Shown: positions 52,324 to 62,082 of the stretch, in pieces | Position numbering within the stretch: the stretch's first letter is position 1 | How the letters are laid out: every line of letters begins with the position of its first letter | Assembly (NCBI GenBank): GCA_036406475.1 | Contig: DASXBA010000006.1 | Span: forward strand, 1,564 to 65,563 | Length of the DNA stretch: 64,000 nt | From: Thermoleophilaceae bacterium | Lineage (GTDB): Bacteria > Actinomycetota > Thermoleophilia > Solirubrobacterales > Thermoleophilaceae | Direction: 5' to 3' | Position numbers and translations under genes: made by a program | The notes under the pieces: model-generated | What the model saw: the letters and a program-made list of their open reading frames with translations, nothing else | Told to the model about the DNA's origin: nothing | Database searches by the model: none

Positions 52324-53754
52324 TCAGGTCTTGGCCGGAGCCGGAGCCGGAGCGGCGTCACGGGCCGCGGCCAGCAGCTCCTCGAGCGACTCCTCGACGA
52401 GGCCGGCGAGGTCCTCGAGGTCCGGGATGGCGTCGTAGTCCGCGAGCAGCCCGAACTCCAGGTTGCCGTTGTAGCTCATGACCGCCACCGCCAACGCCTG
52501 GTCCTCGGGCAGGAAGGCGATCGGCACCAGCTCCAGCATCTCCCGGCCCTGCAGGTAGAGCGGGAACTGCGGCCCGGGGACGTTCGTGACGATCAGGTTG
52601 AACAGCCGCGTGGAGAAGTTGAGCCGCGAGGCCATCGCCAGCAGCGTGGGCGGCGCGAAGCGCTCGAGGCCCGAGATGACCTCGGCACCGAGCGCCTGCT
52701 TCGACTCCTTCAGCCCCTCCATCGCCCCTCTCACGATGCGCAGGCGCTCCACCGGGTCGCGCACGTAGACCGGCAGCGGCGCCCTCATCGCGGCGATCCG
52801 GTTGCCGAGTGTCTCGTGCTCGTGCTCCGCCCGGATCGACACCGGCACCAGGCCGCGCAGCTCGAGGCCCTCGCGGCGGACGCCGCGTTCCTCGAGCCAG
52901 CGCCCCAGGGCGCCCGCCACGACCGCCAGCACCACGTCGTTGACGGTCCCGCCCAGGGCGTTCTTGATCCCCTTGAACTCGTCGAGCGAGCGCTGGATCC
53001 ACCAGATGCGGCGGTGGGTGCCGATGGGCACGTTCAGGGGGATGTCCGGCGCCGGGTTGAGCCCCGCCCAGAGGACCTCCCCGATCCCCTCCGCGGCCTC
53101 GCGCAGCTCGCCTGCGGCCCGGCCGGGGCTCTGGAGCGCGCCGGCGGCGCGGCCGGCAAGCTCGCCGGGCGTGCGCACCAGCCCCTTGATGCCCTCGGCC
53201 ACGAGCTGCGCCTGCGAGGGCTCGGGCTCTGCGACCCACTCGTCCAGTTCCTCGGGCTCGGGCGGGACCGGCGTTAGGTCGAAGAGGACGGTCGAGAGGT
53301 CCACCCCGGCGACGCCGTCGACCATCGAGTGATGCGTCTTCGAGATCAGCGCGAAGCGGCCGTCCTCGAGGCCCTGCACGAGCCAGACCTCCCAGAGCGG
53401 CTTCGAGCGATCGAGCCGCTGGGAGAAGATCCGGCCGACCAGCGTGCGCAGCTGCTCCATCGACCCGGGCGACGCCAGGGCCGTGTGGCGCACGTGGTAG
53501 TCGACGTTGAAGCGCGGATCGTCGACCCAGAACGGGCGGCCCATCTCGAAGCGCGGGAAGGCAAGCTTCTGCCGGTAGCGGGGGACGAGGTGCAGCCGCG
53601 ACTCGATCCCGTCCACGAAGTCCTCGCGCGTGGGGGGCGGGCCTTCGAAGACCACGAGCGCCCCGACATGCATGTGGGAAGCCCTGCCCTCCTGGTGCAG
53701 GAACGAGGCGTCGACAGGGCTCAGTCGGTCGAGGTGACCCTGCTTCTGCGCCAT
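52324..53754 (-). CDS. wax ester synthase / diacylglycerol acyltransferase (WS/DGAT)
   Basis: Active-site motif HHSMVDGVAG. Start is ATG 53754, or GTG 53763 as an alternative. Confidence 0.85.
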   Translation of the reverse strand: MAQKQGHLDRLSPVDASFLHQEGRASHMHVGALVVFEGPPPTREDFVDGIESRLHLVPRYRQKLAFPRFEMGRPFWVDDPRFNVDYHVRHTALASPGSMEQLRTLVGRIFSQRLDRSKPLWEVWLVQGLEDGRFALISKTHHSMVDGVAGVDLSTVLFDLTPVPPEPEELDEWVAEPEPSQAQLVAEGIKGLVRTPGELAGRAAGALQSPGRAAGELREAAEGIGEVLWAGLNPAPDIPLNVPIGTHRRIWWIQRSLDEFKGIKNALGGTVNDVVLAVVAGALGRWLEERGVRREGLELRGLVPVSIRAEHEHETLGNRIAAMRAPLPVYVRDPVERLRIVRGAMEGLKESKQALGAEVISGLERFAPPTLLAMASRLNFSTRLFNLIVTNVPGPQFPLYLQGREMLELVPIAFLPEDQALAVAVMSYNGNLEFGLLADYDAIPDLEDLAGLVEESLEELLAAARDAAPAPAPAKT

Positions 53755-53773
53755 CGCGTTCACACTACCCGCA

Positions 53774-54625
53774 ATGCGTCAGCTCGCGCTCTCGCTCGCC
53801 GCCGCCGCCGCCACGGCGGCGCTCGTAGCCTGCGCCGACTCGCCGGGCGCCGCCGGAAAGCCGAGGGTCGACCACTTCGACTCGCACGCTGCCTGGCGGC
53901 TTCTGAAGAGCCAGGTCGCGCTCGGCCCACGCCCCGCCGGGTCGCCCGCGTCGCGGAGGCTGGCGAGGAAGCTCAAGCGACTGCTCCCGCACGGCCGCTA
54001 CCAGGCGGTCCCCGGCGGGCTGCGCAACGTCGTGGGGCGAGTCCCCGGTCGCGGCCGCGGCTACCTGGTGGTGGGCGCCCACTACGACACCAAGGACCTG
54101 CCCGACTTCGTCGGCGCCAACGACGGAGCCTCCGGCACGGCGGTCGTCACCCAGCTCGCGCGGACGATCAAGCCCCACCGGCTCCGCCGGACGGTCGTGT
54201 TCGTCCTCTTCGACGGCGAGGAAAGCCCGGCAGGCACGCCCGACGACGAGTTCGAGGCCAAGGGGCTGCGGGGCAGCAGGGTCGCCGCGCGCCGCTACCG
54301 CGAGGCCCGCTCGATGGTGCTGCTCGACTTCGTCGGCAACCGCCACCTGCGGATCCCGCGCGAGGAGTTCTCGAGCTTCCCGCTCTGGAGCAAGCTGCGC
54401 CGGGCGGCCCGCCGCGTTGGCGCCGGCCCGGCTTTCCCGCCCCAAGCCTCCGGCGGCGTCCTGGACGACCAGATCCCGTTCGCGCACCGCGGCGTCCGAT
54501 CGATCGACCTGATCGACTTCGACTTCGACTGCTGGCACCGCACCTGCGACGACCTGGGCGCGGTCTCCGAGCGCAGCCTGGAGCTGGTGGGGGAGACGAT
54601 GCTGAGGTACCTAGCTAGCCTCTAG
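53774..54625 (+). CDS. M28-family peptidase / glutaminyl-cyclase-like lipoprotein
   Basis: Lipobox LVAC. Motifs [18 protein letters not shown] and FDGEE. Confidence 0.7.
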   Translation: MRQLALSLAAAAATAALVACADSPGAAGKPRVDHFDSHAAWRLLKSQVALGPRPAGSPASRRLARKLKRLLPHGRYQAVPGGLRNVVGRVPGRGRGYLVVGAHYDTKDLPDFVGANDGASGTAVVTQLARTIKPHRLRRTVVFVLFDGEESPAGTPDDEFEAKGLRGSRVAARRYREARSMVLLDFVGNRHLRIPREEFSSFPLWSKLRRAARRVGAGPAFPPQASGGVLDDQIPFAHRGVRSIDLIDFDFDCWHRTCDDLGAVSERSLELVGETMLRYLASL

Positions 54626-54630
54626 GGGCT

Positions 54631-55590
54631 GTGCCAGCTGCCCCCGAAAAGCTGCTGCTCGCGGCCCCGCGCGGCTACTGCGCGGGCGTCGACCGGGCCG
54701 TCCAGACCGTCGAGCGCGCGCTCGAGCTGTACGGCCCTCCGGTCTACGTGCGCAAGGAGATCGTCCACAACAAGCACGTGGTGGAGCAGCTGCGTGAGCG
54801 CGGGGCGATCTTCGTCGACCAGGAGACCGAGGTGCCCGAGGGCGAGACCGTCGTCTTCTCGGCCCACGGCGTCGCTCCAAGCGTTCACGCCAACGCCGAG
54901 GCGCGCGGGCTCCAGAAGATCGACGCCACCTGCCCCCTCGTCACCAAGGTGCACGTCGAGGCCAAGAAGTTCGCCACCCAGGGCTACACGATCGTCCTCA
55001 TCGGCCACGAGGGCCACGAGGAGGTCGAGGGAACAATGGGCGAGGTTCCCGACCACATCGTCCTGATCGAGACCGAGGCCGACGTCGACGAGCTGGAGGT
55101 GAAGGACCCGGATCGCGTCGCCTACCTCACCCAGACCACGCTCTCGGTCGACGAGACAGACCGCATCATCCGCCGCCTCCGCGAGCGCTTCCCGAGCATC
55201 ACCGGGCCCCGTACCGACGACATCTGTTACGCCACCACCAACCGCCAGCTCGCGGTGCGCCAGATGGCGCGGGAGTGCGACCTGGTGCTGGTGATCGGCT
55301 CGCGCAACTCGTCGAACTCCAACCGGCTGGTCGAGGTCGCGCGCGACCACGGCGCCGATTCCTACCTGATCGACAACGAGTCGCAGGTCGAGGAGGGCTG
55401 GCTCGAGGGCAAGCGCGTCGTCGGGATCAGCTCCGGCGCCAGCGCCCCCGAGGAGCTGGTTCAGCGGCTGGTGGGTTTCTTCCGCGAGCGCGGCACCGAG
55501 GACGTGTCGGAGTTCGAGGTGGTCCAGGAGGACGTCCGCTTCATGCTCCCCAAGGAGATCCGCAAGGAGCTCGCAGCCCGCGCGTCGTAG
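54631..55590 (+). CDS. ispH: 4-hydroxy-3-methylbut-2-enyl diphosphate reductase
   Basis: [28 protein letters not shown] and SSNSNRL motifs. Confidence 0.9.
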   Translation: MPAAPEKLLLAAPRGYCAGVDRAVQTVERALELYGPPVYVRKEIVHNKHVVEQLRERGAIFVDQETEVPEGETVVFSAHGVAPSVHANAEARGLQKIDATCPLVTKVHVEAKKFATQGYTIVLIGHEGHEEVEGTMGEVPDHIVLIETEADVDELEVKDPDRVAYLTQTTLSVDETDRIIRRLRERFPSITGPRTDDICYATTNRQLAVRQMARECDLVLVIGSRNSSNSNRLVEVARDHGADSYLIDNESQVEEGWLEGKRVVGISSGASAPEELVQRLVGFFRERGTEDVSEFEVVQEDVRFMLPKEIRKELAARAS

Positions 55591-55650
55591 AGGCGTCCAC
55601 GCAGCCGCCGCTCGCTGGAGGCGCCGCGGCGCGGCGCCGACACCCGAAGC

Positions 55651-55836
55651 GTGGACGTAGTGCTCGTCATCGCCGTCGCCTCGGGGCTCCTCGCGCTGGT
55701 GGGCCGCTTCCTGATGGCGGCCGCCGCCAAGGGCGAGCGCTCCGCGAAGCGGTCGGAGCCCCGGCGGCTTCGTCTCACGACGATCGAGCGCCGGCCCGGG
55801 CGCGGCGCCCGTACGCACAGCCGCGTGCTCAACTAG
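55651..55836 (+). CDS. possible small single-TM protein
   Basis: GTG start, one TM helix (VVLVIAVASGLLALVGRFLMAAAA) plus a basic tail, and high GC3. It overlaps the convergent gene's 3' end by 8 nt. Confidence 0.3.
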   Translation: MDVVLVIAVASGLLALVGRFLMAAAAKGERSAKRSEPRRLRLTTIERRPGRGARTHSRVLN

Positions 55837-56620
55837 GCGGCAAGGGCGCGAACTGCACGCCGTGAAGCCGTAGGCCCGGCGACTCGGCCACCACCCGTCC
55901 CTCGGCCTCGTAGACGCCGGGCTCGGTGTCCGCCCCCGAGAGCACCGCGAAGGCCCCGCCCGCCCGGTAGCTGAACTCGGCGGCCGCTCCCGCGTCCGAG
56001 GCCTCGATCCAGTCGTCGCCGTCGGCCCAGTCGCGGATCAGCTCGAGGCGCTCGCGATCCCGCGGCAGCGCGATGTCGGCGGTCTGCGGCTCGAGCATCG
56101 CGCCCGGTTCGTCCTCCGGACGCAGAGGTTCGAGCGGCTCCGGAAACGAGACCCCGGCATCGATCTCCCGCAGGCACTCCTGGATCGCCAGCTCGGATCC
56201 CGCGTAGTCGCCCTCCCCGTAGTGCATGTAGCGCAGGAGCCCGCGGCGGTCGAACAGGTAGCGGCCGGGCCAGCCGCGATTGCCGTAGATGCGCCAGATC
56301 TCTAGCTGTGCGTCGAGCGCCACCGGATAGGGGATCTCGAGCCGCTCGACGGCCCGCTCGACGTTCTCCGGCTCGCGGCCGAAGCTGTAGCCCGGCGAGT
56401 GGACGCCGACTATCTGCAGCCCGGCCTCGGCATAGCGCCGGTGCCAGGCGAGCAGGTAGGGAAGGGTCCGCAGCGAGTTGATCCGCGCGAAGTCCCAGAA
56501 CTCCACGAGGAGGGCGTGGCGCCCCAGCAGCCGGTCCACCCGCAGGAGCGGTACGTTCAACCAGGGGGTGCCGGGCGGGAACTCCGGGGCGGGGATGTCC
56601 GCATCCTCGGGCGTGCGCAT
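55829..56620 (-). CDS. thioredoxin-fold protein resembling the DipZ C-terminal domain, lacking the CxxC
   Basis: LLVEFWDFARINSLRTLPYL...VGVHSPGYSF...GWPGRYLFD...YGEGDY. The usual C-x-x-C position reads R-I-N-S. Confidence 0.6.
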   Translation of the reverse strand: MRTPEDADIPAPEFPPGTPWLNVPLLRVDRLLGRHALLVEFWDFARINSLRTLPYLLAWHRRYAEAGLQIVGVHSPGYSFGREPENVERAVERLEIPYPVALDAQLEIWRIYGNRGWPGRYLFDRRGLLRYMHYGEGDYAGSELAIQECLREIDAGVSFPEPLEPLRPEDEPGAMLEPQTADIALPRDRERLELIRDWADGDDWIEASDAGAAAEFSYRAGGAFAVLSGADTEPGVYEAEGRVVAESPGLRLHGVQFAPLPPS

Positions 56621-56667
56621 GGCCGGTTAGGATGGCGCACTTCGCCGCCGATCAAAGGGGACTCGCG

Positions 56668-57261
56668 ATGGACTTCTTCGACCGCCTTGAGGCCGTCCGC
56701 TGCCGCTGGAACGTTCTTGAGCACTCGTTCTACGTGCGCTGGACGAACGGGGAGCTGAGCGCCGACGAGCTCGCGCTCTACGCCGGCCAGTACCGCCACG
56801 CCGTGGTCGCGCTGGCCGACGCGGTGGCCGCCACCGGGTCATCCGAGCACGCCGCGGAGGAAGCCGAGCACGTCGACCTCTGGGACGACTTCGCGCGCGC
56901 CGCCGGCGCAACCGCCGCCTCCGCGCCGCTCCCGGAGACGCGCGCATGCGTCGAGGCCTGGACCGCCGGCCGCGACGAGCTCGAGGCCCTGGTCACGACC
57001 TACGCGGTCGAGTCGGGGCAGCCGGCGATCTCGCGCACCAAGCTCGAGGGGCTCGTGGGCCGCTACGGCTACGAGGAGGGCCCGGCGACCGAGTACTTCA
57101 GCCTCCACTCGACGCTCGACGAGCGGCACGCGGCGGAGTCGCGCGCGCTGATCGAGGAGCGCCTCGAGAGCGCCGACGAGGAGCGGCTTCTGGCGCTCGC
57201 CGAGGGCGCGCTGCGCGGGAACTGGACGCTGCTCGACGGGGTCGAGCGCGCCGGGGGCTGA
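56668..57261 (+). CDS. heme-oxygenase-like fold protein (TenA/PqqC family)
   Basis: HSFYVRW.NGELS...L..YAGQYRH and EE.EH..LW pattern. Confidence 0.55.
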   Translation: MDFFDRLEAVRCRWNVLEHSFYVRWTNGELSADELALYAGQYRHAVVALADAVAATGSSEHAAEEAEHVDLWDDFARAAGATAASAPLPETRACVEAWTAGRDELEALVTTYAVESGQPAISRTKLEGLVGRYGYEEGPATEYFSLHSTLDERHAAESRALIEERLESADEERLLALAEGALRGNWTLLDGVERAGG

Positions 57262-57400
57262 GCGCAGCACCGCAACTCTGCGTTGCGCGCCGGGTTGGCG
57301 CTCCCGTAGGCTATGGGGGGGACCTGTCCCCCCTCGGGCGTACTCCGCCGCTCGCTTGGTCGTGTGCGTCCGCCCCAATTTTCCCTGTCAGGAGGAGTAC

Positions 57401-58117
57401 GTGCGAAAGAAGTATCTACTCGGCGCGGCTGTGAGCGTGCTGGCGCTGGCCTTCGCCGCGATGGCGTTTGCCAGCCCCCAGTTCAAGCAGACCGACAAGG
57501 TGAAGTACACGAAGAACAAGGGCAAGGTCTCGGCCGGGATCTCAACGACCCTGGAGAGCACGGATCCGGGGGCCCAGCCGCCCGGAAACCAGCCCGCCGC
57601 GGACAAGGCGGTCCTCAAGTTCAAGGGCGCCAAGGTCGACAGCAAGGGCGCGCCGCAGTGCTCGTCGGGCAAGGCCCAGGCCGCACAGTGTCCGTCGAAC
57701 TCGAAGGTCGGCACCGGCTCGGCCGAGGCGAACATTGTCGGCACCAATCCGACCACGGGCGTGACGACGGTGACGCCGCTCCACAACCTCCACGTGACCG
57801 CGTTCAACGGCAAGGGCAAGCTCTACCTCCTGATCAAGGAGACCGGCACCCTCCTGAAGGCGTCGCTCACAAAGAACGGCACCCTGACGACCAACGTCAA
57901 GAGGGACACTCCCCCGCTGCCGGGCGGAAACAAGGTCGTCCTCACGAAGTTCCAGCTCAAGACGAAGGCCAAGAGCAGGAAGATCCACGGCAAGAGGCAC
58001 ATCATGATCCGGACGCCGAAGTGCCCCAAGAGCAAGAAGTGGAAGATCAGCGTGGCGTTCACCTACAGCGACGGGACCAGCGACAAGCAGACGCTCACCC
58101 AGAAGTGCAAGAGATAG
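57401..58117 (+). CDS. secreted Lys-rich hypothetical protein
   Basis: GGAGGA SD 4 nt before the GTG. Signal peptide LLGAAVSVLALAFAAMAFA. Many Lys residues, and four Cys that could form two disulfide pairs. Confidence 0.65.
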   Translation: MRKKYLLGAAVSVLALAFAAMAFASPQFKQTDKVKYTKNKGKVSAGISTTLESTDPGAQPPGNQPAADKAVLKFKGAKVDSKGAPQCSSGKAQAAQCPSNSKVGTGSAEANIVGTNPTTGVTTVTPLHNLHVTAFNGKGKLYLLIKETGTLLKASLTKNGTLTTNVKRDTPPLPGGNKVVLTKFQLKTKAKSRKIHGKRHIMIRTPKCPKSKKWKISVAFTYSDGTSDKQTLTQKCKR

Positions 58118-58147
58118 AAACCACCGGATGGATCCGGAGGTGAAGGG

Positions 58148-58178
58148 ACGGCCCCGCTTCGGCGGGGCCGTTTCTTTT
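58148..58178. terminator. intrinsic terminator
   Basis: ACGGCCCCGC ttcg GCGGGGCCGT followed by TTTCTTTT, between convergent genes. Confidence 0.8.
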
Positions 58179-58179
58179 C

Positions 58180-58839
58180 CTAGGTGAGGAGCTGGAGCAG
58201 CCGCGGCGAGACCCAGAGCTCGACGGCGGCGCTCGCAAGCAGCACCGGCACCGCGACGGCGACGGTCACGAACGTGGCGGCCAGCAGCTCGTCCCAGCGG
58301 TCGTGGCGGCTGGCGATGATCCAGGCCGCCAGCGGCAGGAAGAGCGCGGTCAGCTCGGGCAGCGCGTGGGGGAGCAGGGCGAGGAGCAGCAGGCCCGGCG
58401 TGATGTGAAGCTCGTGGGAGACGGTGGCGACGCCCGAGCCGATCAGGTACGCCTGGGTGGTGAGCGAGAAGCCCGTCGCGCAGATCACGAAGCCGATCGC
58501 GAGTGGGCCAGCCTTCTCGTGCACGAAGCGGGAGAGGCCGTGGCGCTTGGCGGCCGAGAGCGGAAGCGAGCTGCCGGCGATGAAACCGGCCACGCAGGCC
58601 ATCGCGTGCAGGGCGAGCACGAGCGAGTTGCGGTAGAGGACCGCGAGGTAGTCGTCGAGGCTCGCTGGGGAGTGGAAGCCGGCGATCAGGAACGGCGTCG
58701 AGTCCGGCGTGGACACCTTGGCCACGACGTAGACCGCGCACAGCAGCGCCGCGGCGATGCCCACGCTCAGGCTCAGCCAGGGGGCGAGGATGCCGGGCTC
58801 GCGGTTCCAGCGCGCCAGCGCGCGCCGGGTGTCCGACAT
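58180..58839 (-). CDS. SpoIIM-like (DUF95) integral membrane protein
   Basis: Six TM helices. HALPELTALFLPLAAW is typical of the stage II sporulation protein M family. An alternative GTG lies at 58872. Confidence 0.6.
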   Translation of the reverse strand: MSDTRRALARWNREPGILAPWLSLSVGIAAALLCAVYVVAKVSTPDSTPFLIAGFHSPASLDDYLAVLYRNSLVLALHAMACVAGFIAGSSLPLSAAKRHGLSRFVHEKAGPLAIGFVICATGFSLTTQAYLIGSGVATVSHELHITPGLLLLALLPHALPELTALFLPLAAWIIASRHDRWDELLAATFVTVAVAVPVLLASAAVELWVSPRLLQLLT

Positions 58840-58889
58840 CCCCTGGACCAGGACCAGATCGTTGACGCTCACCCAGAGCGCATCGGCAC

Positions 58890-59402
58890 TCAGGCAGCCG
58901 AGGTTGAGGCGACCGGCGATCCGAGGCGACGCTCGTAGCGCTGGTAGGTCACCGCGGTCCGGCTCCAGCGCGGCCTGGTGTCCTCCCACACGAGCTCGAA
59001 GCCGTGCTCGCGGTAGAGGTGGGCTGCGGCGGCCAGGTCGCTGAAGGTCTCTAGCGTGATCCGCTCGTAGCCGTTTCGCTCGGCCTCCGCGAAAAGCTCG
59101 GTGAGCAGGCGCCGCCCGAGCCCGCGGCCGCGGAGGTGGGGCTCGAAGACGAACCAGCGCAGGCGCGCCTCGCCGTCGCCCTCGTCGGTGAGCCCCAGGC
59201 AGCCGACGAGGCTCCCGTCCTCCTCCACGATCCAGATCCCCTCGCGCTCGCGCGGGAAGCCGCGCGCGCCGGGGCCGGCGAAGCTCTGGGCGACCATCGC
59301 CTCGAAGGTCGCGTCGTGGCCCCACTCCTCGGAGTAGATGCGGCCGTGAAGGGCGATCATCTCGCCCACGTCTCCCGGCCGAAGGTTGCGGCGGATTTCC
59401 AT
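58890..59402 (-). CDS. GNAT-family N-acetyltransferase
   Basis: Acetyl-CoA motif RGRGLGRRLL. Start is ATG 59402, or GTG 59420 as an alternative. Confidence 0.8.
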   Translation of the reverse strand: MEIRRNLRPGDVGEMIALHGRIYSEEWGHDATFEAMVAQSFAGPGARGFPREREGIWIVEEDGSLVGCLGLTDEGDGEARLRWFVFEPHLRGRGLGRRLLTELFAEAERNGYERITLETFSDLAAAAHLYREHGFELVWEDTRPRWSRTAVTYQRYERRLGSPVASTSAA

Positions 59403-59479
59403 GGCGTCAGTCTCCGCCACCGCGCCGATCTATGCAACATGTAGTTGCCAACAGATCAATCGCGATTTACGATCAATCC

Positions 59480-60349
59480 GTGGAGTTGCGACAGCTCCGA
59501 TATACCGAGGCGGTCGTCCGGCACCGGCACTTCACCCGCGCCGCCCAGGAGCTCCACGTGGCTCAGTCGGCGCTCTCCCAGCAGGTGCGCCGGCTCGAGG
59601 CCGAGCTCGGCGCAGACCTGTTCGAGCGGACCAGCCGCAGCGTGGCGCCGACCGAGGCGGGCGAGGCCGTGGCCGCGCGCGCCCGGCGGATCCTCGCGGA
59701 GGTCGACGGGATCCGCGGCGAGATCGACGAGCTGCGCGGGCTGGTGCGGGGCCGAGTCTCCGTGGGCGCTCTCCTCCCGGCCGGTCCACTCGACGTGCCC
59801 CGGCTGCTGGCGCGCTTCGCCGAGGCATTCCCGGGGATCGAGGTGCGCCTGCGCGAGGGGACGGCCGGCGACATGCTCCGCTACCTCGAGGCCGACGAGG
59901 TCGACGCCGCCTTCACCCTCCAGCCGGAGCTTCCCGACGAGCTCGAGTCCGAGCGCATGGGGGAAGAGGAGCTCGTGGCCGCCTTCCCGCCCGGCTCGGC
60001 GCCCGACCGCAAGTTCGCGGGAGCGGCAGAGCTCGCGCGCATGCCGGTCGTGACCCCGCGCTCCGACTCGGCGATTGCCCAGGCGGTGGCCGCCTTCTTC
60101 GCCCGCGCGGGCGAGCCGCTCCAGGTGTCGCTCGAGAGCGGCGATCCGTTCCTTCTGCGCTGCCTCGTCTCCACCGGCTTCGGCGCCTCGGCGCTGCCGC
60201 GCTCGATGATCGAGCGCGACGGCCCGCCCGTGGAGGTGCGCCCGCTGCGGCCCGCCGTCCGGCTGCCGGTGTCGCTCGTGTGGAGGCGCGGCCGCCACCA
60301 GGCGCCGGCGGCCAGGGCCTTCATCGACTTCGCGCGGGGAGGCTCGTGA
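59480..60349 (+). CDS. LysR-family transcriptional regulator
   Basis: N-terminal HTH LRQLRYTEAVVRHRHFTRAAQELHVAQSALSQQVRRLE. Confidence 0.85.
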   Translation: MELRQLRYTEAVVRHRHFTRAAQELHVAQSALSQQVRRLEAELGADLFERTSRSVAPTEAGEAVAARARRILAEVDGIRGEIDELRGLVRGRVSVGALLPAGPLDVPRLLARFAEAFPGIEVRLREGTAGDMLRYLEADEVDAAFTLQPELPDELESERMGEEELVAAFPPGSAPDRKFAGAAELARMPVVTPRSDSAIAQAVAAFFARAGEPLQVSLESGDPFLLRCLVSTGFGASALPRSMIERDGPPVEVRPLRPAVRLPVSLVWRRGRHQAPAARAFIDFARGGS

Positions 60350-60810
60350 GGAACGCCGCGGCCATCGTCTACGGGCAGATCCTGGTCACGGCGATCGTCG
60401 CCACGCTGTCCGAGGACGAGGGCCTGTCCGCCGGCCAGCTGGAGTTCTGGGTGGTGGTGACGATGGGCGTGTTCTGGCTCGCGCACGTGTACGCGGAGGG
60501 CTTCGCCCGGCGCCTCGAGCGAGACCGGGACCTCGGGCCGGCGGACCTGCACGAGCTCGCCCGCGACGAGCTGCCCGAGCTCTACCCCGCGCTGCCCGCC
60601 GTGCTCGCGCTCGGGCTCGGCTGGGTGGGGGTGCTGTCCACGCACGCGGCGGCGAACCTGGCGATCGGCCTCGGGGTGGCGGCCCTGGCAGCCACCGGAT
60701 TCGTCGTTGCGCGCCGCTCACGGCTGTCGCCGCGGGCGACCGTGACGGCGGTGGTGGTCAACGCCGCCTTTGGCCTGGCGATCGTGGCGCTGAAGGTCTT
60801 TATCGACTAG
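60346..60810 (+). CDS. hypothetical integral membrane protein
   Basis: GTGA overlap with the lysR stop. Four hydrophobic helices. Confidence 0.5.
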   Translation: MRNAAAIVYGQILVTAIVATLSEDEGLSAGQLEFWVVVTMGVFWLAHVYAEGFARRLERDRDLGPADLHELARDELPELYPALPAVLALGLGWVGVLSTHAAANLAIGLGVAALAATGFVVARRSRLSPRATVTAVVVNAAFGLAIVALKVFID

Positions 60811-61051
60811 CCGGGTGCACCACTCGCACCTCGACCCGGGTGGGGCGCGGCGGGCTCGCCATCGAGAGGAAGTCGCGTAGCGGGGCGTGGTGGTCGCAGT
60901 AGGGGCAGCCGAGCTGGTGTGCGGGCGAGAGCGGGCCGGGCGGCGGCGATACCGGCGCATCGCAGCGCGCGCAGGCGAGCGTTCCGGTGCCGAGCCGGTC
61001 CGTGCGTCGCGGCCGGCGCTCCTCCTCGTGGAGGAAGTTGCGCTCAGGCAT
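60800..61051 (-). CDS. small CxxC...CxxC zinc-ribbon protein, hypothetical
   Basis: 83 aa with CARC and CPYC pairs. The ATG lies 2 nt downstream of the esterase stop. Confidence 0.4.
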   Translation of the reverse strand: MPERNFLHEEERRPRRTDRLGTGTLACARCDAPVSPPPGPLSPAHQLGCPYCDHHAPLRDFLSMASPPRPTRVEVRVVHPASR

Positions 61052-62081
61052 CGGCCAGCCCTCTCCGCAGGTCCGCGGCGATCTCGCGCATGGCGGCGAC
61101 GGGGCTGCGCCCGACGGCGGTGGCGTTGACGAATCCGTGCACCAACCCCCAGTAAACACGTAGCGAGACCGGAACTCCGGCTTCCTCGAGGCGCTCCGCG
61201 TAGGCGATGCCCTCGTCGCGGAGCGGATCGAAGCCCGCCACCGCCACGCAGGCGGGCGCGACTCCGCCGAGGTCGTCGGCAAGGAGCGGGGACGCGCGCG
61301 GGTCGTGGGCATCCCCGTCAGCCTCGAGGAAGCGCTCGCGGTACCAGTCCATGTCGGCTTCGGTGAGGAAGAAGCCCTCGTGGAACAGGCGGTACGACCG
61401 GCTCTTCCGCGACCAGTCGGTGACCGGGTAGATCAGGAGCTGGAAGGCCGGCGCAGGCCTCTCCTCGCGGGCGAGCAGGGCCAGCGAGGCGGCGAGGTTG
61501 CCGCCGGCGCTGTCGCCGCCGACGGCGATCCTCGCCGGATCGGCGCCCAGGTGCTCGGCCTCCCGGACGGCGAAGCGGAACGCCTCGAGCCCGTCCTCGA
61601 CCGGAACCGGGAAAGGGTGCTCGGGCGCCATCCGGTAGTCCACCGAGAGCACCCGCAGCGCCGCCTCGCGAGCGAGAAAACGGCAGGCGGAGTCATGCGT
61701 GTCGAGGTCGCCGCAGACGAAGCCGCCGCCGTGGAAGTAGACGAGCAGGGGCGAGGGCTCGCCGACCCCCGGCGGCACGTAGAGCCGGGCCGGCAGGCCG
61801 CCGGCGGTAAGGTCCTCGACGGCGCTCATCGGCAGCGGCGTCCCGGGGGCGACGAGAGCGGCATTCGCGCGCGTCGTCTGCCGCGCCTCCTCCACGGTCC
61901 CCTTGTCGAGCGAGTGCTCTCCGACGAGGGCGAAGGCACGCAGGAGCAGCTGGACCTCGGGCTCGAGGACCTGCCCGTCGAGCCGCAGCGGCCGCCCGCC
62001 GGCGAGCAGGAGCTGGACTGGGGCGGGGAGCGCAGCGAGCAGCCGCACACCCGCCCGGGCCGCGCGGACCTTCGTGCTCAT
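61044..62081 (-). CDS. alpha/beta hydrolase, hormone-sensitive-lipase-type esterase
   Basis: Motifs HGGGF and GDSAGGNL. Confidence 0.85.
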   Translation of the reverse strand: MSTKVRAARAGVRLLAALPAPVQLLLAGGRPLRLDGQVLEPEVQLLLRAFALVGEHSLDKGTVEEARQTTRANAALVAPGTPLPMSAVEDLTAGGLPARLYVPPGVGEPSPLLVYFHGGGFVCGDLDTHDSACRFLAREAALRVLSVDYRMAPEHPFPVPVEDGLEAFRFAVREAEHLGADPARIAVGGDSAGGNLAASLALLAREERPAPAFQLLIYPVTDWSRKSRSYRLFHEGFFLTEADMDWYRERFLEADGDAHDPRASPLLADDLGGVAPACVAVAGFDPLRDEGIAYAERLEEAGVPVSLRVYWGLVHGFVNATAVGRSPVAAMREIAADLRRGLADA

Positions 62082-62082
62082 C

